DNA of 64,000 nucleotides from Bispira polyomma (Eukaryota): NCBI GenBank assembly GCA_965649765.1, contig OZ287753.1, positions 69,006,001 to 69,070,000 of the forward strand, read 5' to 3'. Shown piece by piece: positions 1 to 11,785 of this stretch (position 1 is its first letter; each line of letters starts with the position of its first letter). The notes under the pieces were generated by a model. It saw only the letters and a program-made list of their open reading frames with translations, ran no database searches and was not told where the DNA came from. The position numbers and the translations under genes were made by a program.

Positions 1-545
1 AAAAACGTTGTGTTGCCATCAGTCAGCCAAGTTAATATTGAAGGCACGTGAATCTGGAAGACTGGAAGTTCATTCCTAAACCATATTTTGTTATTACAGC
101 CTGTGGCTTGAATAGTACAGTGCTCTATTCCTTTGGGGTTACAAATATTAAATGGATATATTAAAACAGTGTTTTTTCTGCACTGATTATAGTTGGAGGA
201 GTGAAACAGGTCAGAAATTAATGTAGATTTTACATTGATTGAAGAACAGTTGAGATAATGTGTTCATATGGGGTGTACTGCAGTACCTAGCGTTATAATT
301 TTGCAGAAAGTTTTACCTGGATGGACAGCTGAATGATACTACTCAGTAACTTTTTATTGGTTCTATGTGTTATATTGTTGTTTAAAACAATAAAAAAAAC
401 CCCTAACTTTTTGTCATTGTTATCGAGAAGCAGCATTACTGAATGGTTAGTTTCTAACAAAAAGTTATCACCTGGTTTACAATGAACTCTATATGTTTTA
501 ATTACAGTTTATGTAATATAACGGACAAGTGTGTTGGCAGCTTAA

Positions 546-923
546 ATGGTGGTTCCACATTGCCGATTTGGTTCCCAACCTTTCCGATTTTGATTTCCGG
601 GCGTGTCTAGGGAGATATTTTGTAAAAGTGCCCCGACATGCCTCCCGGACCTCTAAAAACGAGGAGGTTGGCTTCGGCGAATAAGTTCGATCTTATTTTC
701 AATACGTTCTGTCTGATCGGTCCTATCTCACTCCAGACCTGTCCTAACACTGTTAAAACGTATAGGTTAGGGGGCAAAAACGTGGCAAACGGGGCAGTCG
801 GTAAGAATATATGCACGAAAAAACATATATAAGCATATTTTGTCAGTTACTTTTTTGCCCTGACCACCCTGATCTCGAAATCGGGCCTATTTTGCCGATC
901 GAACTTGAATGTGGAATCACCAC
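546..923. mobile_element. Non-autonomous TIR element (MITE) with TTAA flanks; internally deleted relative of the 35096-35775 copy
   Basis: Termini ATGGTGGTTCCACATT ... AATGTGGAATCACCAC are inverted repeats flanked by TTAA on both sides. The internal sequence matches the reverse complement of 35096-35775. Confidence 0.8.
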
Positions 924-981
924 TTAATATGGGGAACTAGACCTATCCTCACTAACCCGCACCTGTGTACATATCCATATA

Positions 982-1202
982 CTGCCTCGCTAGATATTTT
1001 CGTCAATTAGATATTTTTGTCATCGGCAATATATATATAAATATACTTTTAGCAAAAGCAAAGACGTGGAAGTAAGAGTAACGGTTAGATTATATCTCAA
1101 TCTATCAGAATAATTCTAAAACATAGAAGTTTATTAAATTTAGTGGCATTTAAAATAGCAATGACGAAAATATTTACTTGACAAAAATATGTAGCGAGGC
1201 AG
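982..1202. mobile_element. Short fold-back MITE with TA flanks
   Basis: CTGCCTCGCTAGATATTTTCGTCAA at the left end pairs with TTGACAAAAATATGTAGCGAGGCAG at the right end; TA on both sides. Confidence 0.65.
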
Positions 1203-1748
1203 TATATATATATATTTATACATGATAACCAGACATTTAACCACACATATAACAAACACAATCGATTTACGTAATTTCCCACCGCATTTGCAGAAAAAGG
1301 GTTTGGAAGCTTTTTCCACAGTTGCGGACGGAAATGACGCAAATCGGTTAACTTTTTTTTAAAATTCTTTTTTTCTTATATATATATACACACATATACA
1401 GAACAGAAGAATATTTAGATGAAGGCACATACATAAAAGAAACAAAAAATATACTGATCGTGATTTGAAATAAAACAAGTGAATGACATTTTGTATTAAA
1501 TTCAAGTTTTACAGAATTAACTGTATTTTTTGAATTTGATTTGATTCTTACAATAAAATAAAAATGTGGCTTTAGGTTTCCATTAATTTATTATTCACAC
1601 CTTTATATTTGTAGAGGTTGTATTGAGCTTCAGTTCTGCTTTTTAGTTCAATTAAAAACAGAGTAGAATATAGGTTTATCCTTGGTCTTGCTGTTATTTA
1701 ACTACCATTTTCCAAGAATTTTTAGGTATACCAAATAATATTTCACAC

Positions 1749-2165
1749 AAACGAATCCAATCTTAATAGTGTTAGTTTGTAACTTAACTAAAACCTAGAT
1801 GATATTCAAATGACACTTTTATGGAAATAATTCCCTGAATTACTAAAATTAATGTCAAGTTATATTGACCAATTACTCTACTTTAAAATAACTTAAAAAT
1901 ACTTTGCTATTAAATTACTTTATAATTTACAGAACCTTATAACTGAAAAAATATTACTGGAAATTGTTTGCAATAAATTACTCTATAGTAATGTTTGAAA
2001 TTTTACACTTATTACTTATTTTGCACTAAGTAATTTAATCTAGCGATCAAAATATTTACCACCAAAAAGTAAAAATTCTGGTGTAATTGTTGATTACCAG
2101 ATTTCTAAAGCTAATCTAGCTTATTATTCGCCACTTTCAAAAACTGATGAACTAAGCACAGCTGA
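1749..2165. repeat. Left copy of long direct repeat bounding the Gag-TatD region
   Basis: AATCCAATCTTA..TGTTAGTTTGTAACTTAACTAAAAC ... AAATTCTGGTGTAATT ... AAACTGATGAACT..AAGCACAGCTGA is collinear with 9157-9618, with substitutions and indels. Confidence 0.85.
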
Positions 2166-3189
2166 TGCACTCACGGTTATCACATGTTAAAACTGTCCAG
2201 AATCTGAATATTAAAAACCACACTACATGTGTGCCATTGCCATTCTATATGCAATATCAACTTCACATCAAGTTTACATGTAATTAAGGTAAAATCTTCT
2301 CATTTCCACAACTTTATTTTTATGTGAAATCTTACACCTGGCACGTGTGGTACTAGTAAAGTGAACTTACTTTTATCTGCACTTCTCCAGCCGCCTACTA
2401 TGTGACTGTGTAACTCAAAAACCAACAGCACTGTATATCACACTATTATACAGTAATCATTTCTCTCTTTAAAAGTCACGATCATTCTATATATGCCTTT
2501 AACATGGCTGTCTATTAACATTTTCTGACGTGCTCACCTTTCCGGCGACCTTCACCTTTTATTGCAAAAGCATGAGCTCCTTCATCTGCATCAAGTTGTA
2601 CATTCCGAAGATCACCACACTCTTCCCTGTCAACGAACGATTCAGTCTTATGGTAAAGAGTTAAATACCCTTACCAGAAACCCTTGTGGTATTGGTAGCA
2701 AGTGATTTACCTGCTCTTTGCCTGAAATTATTTTACCAGAAAGCATGTGTATTATCCTGCTTACTTTCCCAGCATACTATAACTGAGTTTTCAGCAAGTA
2801 ATGAACCTGCTGGCCCTAACCCTCCTAATATGATTGCCAACTTTTCATACAATCTCTTGGCATTGAAAGAAGTGACTGTTAACACTTCATGCCTCGCAAA
2901 AAACGCTATTCTCCTTGCCACTTCATCAATACAATAGGTTGTGTTATAAGCGTCACTTCTGAAAGTCGGCAGCAACAGATGGGTGAATTAGATTCCAGCA
3001 CTATTTTTGTAGGAGAAACTGATCTAACCACCTCCTTCCATTTGAGCTGACGTTTCCTCGTGAACATCAGACCTGCAAAACTAAACATAGTGTTCGGATA
3101 TTGTCACAACCAGGCATCCTTCTCGGTCACTTCCCTGTTGTAGCAGTGCCTATGGATTTTATAAGCTCCTTGGTGAACCTGAGGAAGCT

Positions 3190-4260
3190 TGTTACAACCG
3201 ATAATGTAACAAAAACCAAAAAAATTTGGTTCGGGGGCATTATTTTTCAAACAATGTTTTAAACTTTTTTTTACATATTAATAGAAAATAAAATTTTACC
3301 CATTTCATGAAATGTGCAAGTGAGTTGCCCATTTCAAGATATAGGCAATTTTCTTGCCCATTTCACGAAATGGGCAATTTTATTGATTTAGTGTAACTAT
3401 ATATGTTACAGTCAATCTGTGAAACCCAGTCATTAGTGTAATGACTGAAATTTTCAATCATTTCATATAATGCCTGAAATAAAGTCCAGTCATTACGTGT
3501 AATGACTGAAACTACATTGAAAAAGACAATAATATTTTATATCATGATCAAATATTTTTCATATGCAATTTTTTTTATGTAAATTTAAGTATTGTTAATA
3601 CTTCATCTTCTTGGTAGTAGGTGACTGCCTTTTCCTTCCTTGGAATTTGGTTTAACACAACATTTGTGAGTCTGGTAACCTGTGTCATAGCAGTAGCAAC
3701 TTGACTCTTATCAAAATTAATGCCATTCTATCGGTACTACTTCACAGTATACATGTAGATATAAACCTATCACAGGTTGAGATTATTAAATCTATTTAGA
3801 AAAGGCTTAATGAAAAAACTGATCATGTTTGAAGTCATTTGAAACAACTTACTTGTCTTAAGACAGATTTAATTTGGGCGAGCAGGACACACACCTCTGT
3901 TTTATCAGTGTTGCTTTTCCAATTACATTTAAAATGCCTTTTTGAGGACGAAACATTAAATTCACAGCCATGTGTTCCCTTTCAACACCCTTTGCACTTT
4001 TCAAGTACACATATGTATATATGTAAACATATATTGAAACAATATTTCAAATGTTTGTTCATTGATACATTATTGATTAATGTGTTGATACATTATTAGT
4101 GAGGTTATATTTGATACATTATTGGTCAAGGTTTGTAACGTTATTGGGTTGGTGAATTGATACATTATTGGTCAAATTTAATACGTTATTGGTTGTTGAT
4201 ACATTATTGGTCAACTTGTGATACGTTATTGGGTAGGTTGATACATTATCAATTGTAACA
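3190..4260. mobile_element. Non-autonomous TIR DNA transposon with 6-bp TSD (GAAGCT)
   Basis: Left end TGTTACAACCGATAATGTAAC; right end GATACATTATCAATTGTAACA. GAAGCT at 3184-3189 and 4261-4266. Subterminal GATACATTATTGG repeats at about 4065-4250. Confidence 0.85.
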
Positions 4261-4607
4261 GAAGCTCCCTGGCCATTGTGCTCAGGCAACAATCACTGGC
4301 TTTAGTGGAGTCTGCATAATCTAGACAATGGATCACAATCACTGTTGACCACATCTCTTGACTTATGTACATTTGCAGCTGCTCCCTCAACACCTTAGTT
4401 TGCTTGTCGATGAAGGTGCTGCATCCGTCGGATAAATCATAGCCTATCTTTTCATTTCTTATACATCAAGGTTCCTCAACCAGTACATACTTGAGTGTCT
4501 TCATTTCTTTATTGGTTACTATATTTGCACGCTTAGGATGCACCCCAAAGGTAAAGAACACTTTTGGTCTTGAATTCTTGTCTAACTTTCCTATATGGGA
4601 CCCCATC

Positions 4608-5372
4608 TGTTACGGTCACGGGAGCAAGCACAGTAGCAATTACCAGTTGCTTTGAGGTTGTAACAGGAAAAGACAAAAAGTTTCACTTAACAAATTTATT
4701 TAACAAATAAAATAACAATTACAGAATAACAGAATTACAGTCAACTGAGATACCCTTAATACAATAATGAAACCAATCTGACCTGACCACAGTCCTGTCC
4801 ACATAAATAACAATTTAACAAGTTTGTCCACTGTATCCAGCAATCTGTCTTGAGATCCGCTCAGTGTCCACACAATGCCTGTATCCTGTTATCCGGTTGG
4901 TGTCCACGAACACAAAATGTATATATCCAGAAAGTCTGCACAACTAAGGTATCCAATCCAGGATGCAAAAATATCCAATATGCAGTTAATCCAATCCCTG
5001 GTAGATCCACAACTTTTATCTAGTTCACTCCAATGAGTTCACCACAAAAACATATATAGTAATCAATTTATATCCACAGGAAAACAAATAAAATGTTTCA
5101 CAGTATAGCAGTTTGTATAGCACACCAACTCAATAAACTCTGGTCTGTGGCCAGGCTGTCAACCCTTATATATACAACTGCTAGAGAAGGCTCTAGAATA
5201 TGTAAGCAATTGCTAGAACATTCCAGAGATGAGATACACATATGAATACAACTTTAATAACAACAGAAACAAAATAGAACCGGCTTCTAGAAGCTTAGGG
5301 GTTTCCCTAAATCTATAAATAGATCACTCTAGCAGAGTGCTTTAACATACCACAATGTCCTTATATGTAACA
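4608..5372 (-). mobile_element. Solo LTR of the Gmr1-like Gypsy family present at 44922-51551
   Basis: The reverse complement matches the LTR (TGTTACATATAAGGACATTGTGG ... CTTGCTCCCGTGACCGTAACA). Perfect 5-bp TSD CCATC at 4603-4607 and 5373-5377. Confidence 0.95.
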
Positions 5373-5659
5373 CCATCTATTAAGTTTACTATCACAGCCT
5401 CTAACTGAATGGGAGAATATGACATGGGTTCATCGGCCAAAATCTCATCTATTAACCACTCCTTCGCTGTAAATACACCAAGTAAAAATGTGAATCCACA
5501 AAATGTGTCTTCATTGGATTACTTACCAAGCGAACCAACTTGGCTTCCTTCCCCCACTTGGTATATGGCAATCTTAATATTTGGTTTCACTACTGGCGTT
5601 GACTGAATATGACAATGTACTGGTACAAGCAGAAGCGGTTGATTCCTGTGCCAGAGGAG

Positions 5660-6232
5660 GTCTCAAGTCTCAGACACACAACAGGCTCAATTTAAAGACT
5701 TTGTCTTAGTGGAGACAAAGTCTCAAGTTGCTATTTACAGAAAAGGTATCAGCTCAGCATTTTTTACTATTGGGCAATATTTCATTAAAAATGTTAGTAT
5801 TTGTGTACTATAATTTCAAACAAGATTTGTAATATACATTTTAGCGAGAAAAAATAACCATGTAGTATATTAATTTATTAATATTTACCATCACATCATC
5901 TACTTTAGTAGTTGCTATGAAGCCAAAAAGTGTCTCAAAGTAGGTTTTTATTTAACATATATTTGAATGATATGTGCAGTAACAAATAATGGGAAATCTT
6001 AAGTTTATTTAAATCATAAAAACAATAAGTATTGTTCTCTATTTATATAAATTAATGCTTGAGACTTTTTGTTAAATAAGTGAGACACCTCCCAACTAGT
6101 CTTACCTTTGTGACCAAATCTGAGACAAAAAATTTGCTTAGCCGTATTGTGAATACCACTCAAATTGAGACAATTTTTTGTCTTAGATTTGAGACAAAAA
6201 TTGACTAAAGACCTTTTGTGAATAGGGGCCCT
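5660..6232. mobile_element. MITE-like insertion within the Gag-TatD element
   Basis: AT-rich block with GAGACAAA/GTCTCAA repeats ending TTTTGTGAATAGGGGCCCTG; it interrupts the minus-strand coding remnant. Left boundary uncertain. Confidence 0.5.
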
Positions 6233-6239
6233 GGGAAAT

Positions 6240-7045
6240 TTCAGCTGATATACCAGTGTACTTTTCATTTTTATACTAGGGGCTAGCTCCTCTGTAATTT
6301 CTCTTTATACCGAACAGGATCCATCCTCTATGTCCAACTCCATTGGTTCTTCTGCCTCTTTTCCCTCTGAGTCCTTGTCATCCTCGTTCGCCATATGTTT
6401 CTCATAAGAGACTAACTCGTCTGTAGACCAACTGTCCAGAATCATGAATTCTGACTCTTGCTCAAAACTCGCTGACTTTTTCTTTTCTTCTGTGCCGACT
6501 TTGACAGCCTCAGACTTCTTTTTACTCTCCAGGTACTTTTTAAAGACGTCTGACATTGATCTAAATTTTGAAGCTGACCATTTAGGCTGTCACTCTGGGC
6601 TCTATGTTTCTTCCGCTTTACTCTTTCCCTCATTATTTGTAATTGCAGCTGTCACTTTTAATTTCTCCGGACTGATGTATTCTGCATGTATCTTTTCTTC
6701 CCCAATACAATTGATTAATTGAGACAAGGCTCTCCACTTTACTAGAGAAGCTTAAGATTTGGTGGACTGATGATCACATATTAAACTGATCGACTAGCTG
6801 CTTATTATCAGTTATCTCGTATGCTCTGTCAGTTGGGGATAATATTTCAGTTTTATAACTTTGTCAAATAGCTCCAAAAAGCTATCACATTCTGAGGCAC
6901 CAAATATTTGCACCAAAATTCTTGTTTCTTGAGTCAAATCTCTGCTTTTCCCATATCCCTTTTTTGGTAGATGTCTGCCTACTACATGCTTTTTCATGTG
7001 TAGATGTGACCTTACATCCCTTCATGAAGCATGGCGCTTTGTTGG
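6240..7045 (-). pseudogene. C2H2 zinc finger and Lys/Glu-rich linker upstream of TatD
   Basis: KAPCFMKGCKVTSTH/(frameshift)MKKHVVGRHLP gives C-x4-C...H-x4-H. It is followed by ASLVKWR and the charged ORF 6305-6556. Confidence 0.6.
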
Positions 7046-7229
7046 TCTTCTTCTGGAAGATGCAGGTTTTTCAGCGGCTGAGGAACTAGGTTCAACAGCT
7101 CTTAATGACCTGGTAACACCACTTCCCCGATGCACTTGAGGTCTTTCTTGCCTTCTGTGAGAATGTGTGTTGTATTGTATTCACCATCATTTATTGTGCA
7201 GTTTAAAATATGCTCAAATAGTTTTTCTT

Positions 7230-8535
7230 GCCCATCTGCTTTAAAAAAAACCTCGATGGACAAGGTGCTATCCTGTTCATACTGACTGGAGTATGCCCTC
7301 AATATTACAGTTTTTAACCGAGCAAGGTACTCAAGAGCTTCATCTTCCTTTTGCTCAACATTCAGAATGTCCCAGCGGATGGCAGATGTAGGTTCAGTTT
7401 TGTCAAAGAACCCTTTGTACCTCTACCTCATGTCCAGGAAACTTTTCATCACAGATTCCAGCAAAATGCTGTGAAATTCTGCCGCATCATTTTTCAAACA
7501 CATAGAGAAATTATCCAATTTCACCTGTTGAGATAATCTGCAATGGTCTTCCACAGTCCCAAACTGTGCTATAAGCCCCCTCCAACATTCACCTGAAAAG
7601 GACATCTTTGGAATTTGCATTCTATTATGCTTGAGAGGATAACTATTTCTTGCAGCTGGTTGGAAACTGTATTCCTCATCCGAGTTGGTGGAATTAAAGG
7701 AATCATTATCCTGTGTGTGAACCTATTTCTTCCTCATCCAGTAGGGTGGAAATTTGATCCATGGTTTTCCTAAATTCTTCCTGTACCACCTTTCAGCTCA
7801 TCAGACTAAGGTAGTTCCACTCGTGGTAAAGGATGTTCAGGCATTGCCTAGTGCTAAACTGTGTCCCTGGTCCTAGTCTGAGTGGTACTGTGGAAAACTG
7901 ACAGTTTGGCTTCAAACTGCTCAGGCTTTTGCTGAATCAGTGGTTTATACTGTACTCCTTGTATTCTTTGTTCTGCCTGTGGACCATAATGTAAAAATTA
8001 GGTGCGATAAGGAGAGGACTGTGGATAAAAATGTCTAGGGAGGATTTGTGGGACGGGGAAATCCTAAAAAATGTCCACTCTGGTTCCTCTACCTCTGTTT
8101 TAAATGGGAATTTCTGTTTAAATTTGGTAGCTCCTTTATTAATTTTGAGAACCACATAATTTGTTTTGTCGTGGATCAATAAAAGTTTCTGTTCATATTG
8201 CCCTTGACATTTTTCATATTCGGCAATCAAGTTATGGGTGTTGATATGTGACTGCAAAAACTCAGCTCTACACCTCTTGGAACTGGCAAGATAGTCCTGC
8301 TTGAAGTGAGATCCTTTTTGTTTCAGCAGTCATGCTTGTTTATGAGACTCCTCAAGGTCATCAATTGCAGCTTGTTTCAAATCCAAATCCACTACTGTTT
8401 GACTGGAAATGGATGACCTTTGCTGTACCTCTTCCCTCAAGTCACTGACATCCTGTCTAATAGATTTTATCACCGAAGAAATTTTTAACTGAGCTGCTTC
8501 ATCTCCTTCGGGACTGAGTCAAATGCTCCTGCCAT
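7230..8535 (-). pseudogene. Retrotransposon Gag-like protein (coiled-coil N-terminus + capsid-like domain)
   Basis: 7620 onward reads, in one frame across a single stop: IPKMSFSGECWRGLIAQFGTVEDHCRLSQQVKLDNFSMCLKNDAAEFHSIL...FLDMR*RYKGFFDKTEPTSAIRWDILNVEQKEDEALEYLARLKTVILRAYS...IEVFFK. This resembles the Ty3/gypsy capsid pattern (F.G..W...QF...KL...L...A...Q..E.L..Y..RL...AY). 8535-7937 is helical/coiled-coil-like. Confidence 0.65.
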
Positions 8536-9156
8536 TGTTTGTCAAAATTCCCTCAAATTAATGGCTCCCGGCTTCACTTGAACTTCAACTAGATCAAAAA
8601 GGAGTTACTTCGGTCCAATATCAACTAAATCTTCTAATTCCTCAAAACAATATTAATGTTCAATGGTTTGGCGGCTATCTTAAACTTCAGCAGCATGCAG
8701 TTACTTAAATATGGTAAATCAAAGTAACCATAACAAACCGTGTCAAGTTGCAAAACACTAGTTACTTAACTATTGTTTTTTCCAAGTTAATATAACCAAA
8801 ACAAATGAATACTTTCAATTTTCGATCTTCCCCAACCAACAAGTCAATTGGTAAGACTGACACCCTTAATTTTGTAATGTTCGTCAATCTATGAAAACTG
8901 ACTTTCGGTTGATGTTCAAACTCAAATATATTTTCAAACTGGAACTCAAAAATTGAATTGGACACTATTATTGACTGATTTGTCAGCCAATCTGTACATT
9001 TCTAAATACACAAGCTATATACTCGTAACTAATGCAATTGTTTAGCAATTATAAAATTTATAATTAATCAATCTGATTTCAAAATAACAAAATCATCAAG
9101 AACTACAATTTCATTAGAAATTAATTATATGATTTCTTTTAACTGTCTTGAATATA

Positions 9157-9618
9157 AAACAAATCCAATCTTATATATGTTAGTTTGTAACTTAACTAAA
9201 ACATATGATATTCAACTGACACTGCAAATATTTTTCTAAATTACTAAAATTGATGTCAAAGTTATATTTACCAATTACTCTTAAAATAACTTGAAAATAC
9301 TTTACTATTAATTTACTTTTTAATTTACTGAACTCTGTAACTGAAAAAATATTACTGGAAACTTTTAGCAATAGACTACTCTATAGTAATGTAGGAGTTT
9401 TACACTTATTACTTATTCCACACTAAAAAGTTTAATCTACTATATTTGGCGATAGAATTTACTCTCATGACAAACATATGCAATCAAAATATTCATCGCC
9501 AAAATTCTGGTGTAATTTTGATTACAAGGCTCCACTAAAGCTAATTTAGCTTATTATTCATCAGCTTTAAAACTGATGAACTCGGCTTTAGTATCTACCA
9601 TAAGCACAGCACAGCTGA
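9157..9618. repeat. Right copy of long direct repeat bounding the Gag-TatD region
   Basis: Collinear with 1749-2165. Confidence 0.85.
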
Positions 9619-11453
9619 AAAAGACATTACTCTAAACCCTTTTTGCATTAATAATTAAACATGAATTCTTATGGTCTAATGTTTAATGCTTCAACCAGAG
9701 CATAAAAGAAAAGGGTGTTAATCACTCTTTTTGAACTACTTTATTATTAATTGAAAAATAACAGTTATAAACACATGTAAACACATCAGAAGAGTACCCA
9801 TTTGATTAATGTCATGATATAACACCCAACATGACTGCAATTAAAACACTGTGCTCTGTGATATTTATAAAGCCACATATCTCTAATGTAAAATACATTC
9901 TTTGGAAATAATACTGTGTAAAAAAAGTCAATCTATGCTTGTAAACTTTGGTGTACATTTAATTGTATCTTATTCCTTTGTATTTTTTCGCACTCAAACA
10001 ATGTCATACTTTTTGGTATACATGTACAGTTCTCCTTGGTAAAGATATAAAGGTCAAATTGAAGGTCAAGGTGATAAATTGGTGTATATAAGTAGAATTC
10101 AGTGAAACTCAAGTTTGAGGCATTTATTATTACTATACATGTTAGAAGTAGTGTTGTTCATTCTAACAAAGTATTTCCGAGTAATCACCACACATGTCTT
10201 CTGAAGACATGTCAACGCTTCTGTTATTATACATTTCCTTTGGTTCTTGCTGCCAGTGTTAGCTTCCAAGCATAATAAATAGTAGCATGTGACTATATTT
10301 GTAATAATTCAGCACATCTTTTATTTATGACATGCTACTTTCTGGTCATGTTAATGTCACTATTAATTTGCTTTTAGATATCAGTTCCAAGCATTATGAT
10401 TATCACATGGCTGTCCTTGATTGAAAATCCATACTGATTTCTTCAATCCTATTAAATTAGTGACATAAAGTATCAGCCTGCCTTGAGAAAAGAACAGTGA
10501 AGTTAGTAAAAGTTGTAATCACACACAAATATATACGTGGTTCATAGATAATTAGAAGTAAACTAACAACAGCATGTCTATGATTAGGTAAACAATATAA
10601 ATGGGTGCAAAATATAAAGTTTTGGAATTATATTCTGTGGATGTTGGTAAAATGCATTGTAGACAGATATTACATTTCATTATATAAAATAATCTGTACA
10701 ACCTTGCATGTTAGGGGTATGGATTGTAGTTTGCACTGCTACAGGTGTTGATAGCTATCATATAACATGATCAATGTATGCATCCAGTGGATACTTTCGT
10801 TACACATGGTTGTTATGTCACTCTGCTGCCAAAACACCTGCATCTATTGCAATTACGCAACAATTTTTCCTACCAACCGAAACCATTTTTTATCTCTGAA
10901 GGATACAACATGCAACGTTCCAGTTTGTGTTGGCTTATATCCTGTTTAATAGCTTGTTTGATACAGACTTTAACAGTGACGATGAAGATATAGAACATGC
11001 AATGGCACTTGATATAATTATTTGATTCTTCAGATACTGGTTCTTGCTCCAAAAACATAAGAAGGTACAGAATGTGTGCATTAAATGAACCCTTAACAAA
11101 CATACTTTGATCCCCATATGATTGCTCTTTACAAACACATTAGGGTCGAAGACATGAAAACAGTGGTATAATTGTGTATAAAATATGCGTGGAAGTTACT
11201 TGGATGACAAAGTTGTGCACTTACCTTCGCCCAAGATATGCAGATGTTTATAGTAACCCACAGAAGATGCCTTGGTCTACTTTGTTTTTGTGCTGTAACT
11301 TATATTTGTGATGCATGCAATAAAGGATATTATTTTCTTATTTTTCAGTAATTACTAAAGTGTGAGATTACATCTTTAGTGAGCCGATTGACCTCAGTTG
11401 GTGTCCAAAGTACTCCACTTGCTTTGTTATTGAGAAGAAGCTGTCTGGAAAAC

Positions 11454-11529
11454 ATGTTGGGGTGGATTTATACCTCCCTGCTAATGGTGCTGGATGGCAG
11501 CATGGTATCATATATTTACTCCGCAATAA
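11454..11529 (+). CDS. Candidate first coding exon of GULO-like gene 1 (hydrophobic N-terminal extension)
   Basis: ATG at 11454, MLGWIYTSLLMVLDGSMVSYIYSAI plus 1 nt, then a GTAAGT donor. Phase 1 matches the acceptor at 12967, and that exon has no in-frame ATG of its own. Confidence 0.45.
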
Positions 11530-11785
11530 GTAAGTCTATACCTGATTTATCTTAACACTGCTTTCCAGTTTAAGTATGTTAATGTACAGCAAATTTCTAA
11601 TTTATAACTGCATGCTTATTAAAACAGTGAGGCAACAATTTTCACTGTGTGAATATAATAAGCATGACATACAAAAGTTAAGTTGTAAACTTTTTTTAAT
11701 GTTTTAATGTAAACTTTAAAAGGTTTATGCCTACAAATTGTTTATAAATGCTCTGCATATATCCCAGATTTAGAAGCCAACTTAA

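Larger units (their letters stand above)
2847..5514 (-). pseudogene. TatD-family DNase domain, frameshifted and interrupted by two insertions
   Basis: After removing 4608-5372 and 3190-4260 the minus strand reads MKTHFVDSHFYL ... VIVNLIDG ... PKVFFTFGVHPK ... CIRNEKIGYD ... KQTKVLREQL ... VIVIHCLD ... KIHRHCYN ... AWL*QYPNTMFSFAG ... EVVRSVSPTKIVLESNSP ... NTTYCIDEVARRIA ... TSFNAKRLY. This is the full ordered TatD motif series. Confidence 0.88.
1749..9618 (-). mobile_element. Decayed direct-repeat-bounded element encoding Gag-like protein + C2H2 finger + TatD nuclease domain (no RT/IN visible); carries three nested insertions
   Basis: Direct repeats at 1749-2165 and 9157-9618. Minus-strand reading gives coiled-coil/Gag (8535-7230), CxxxxC..HxxxxH (about 7035-6965), a Lys/Glu-rich linker and TatD motifs (5514-2847). 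Confidence 0.7.

Noticed and set aside
10740-11400. Exon-like fragments and short ORFs upstream of GULO-like gene 1
   Set aside because: No consistent phase chain or recognisable domain could be assembled.
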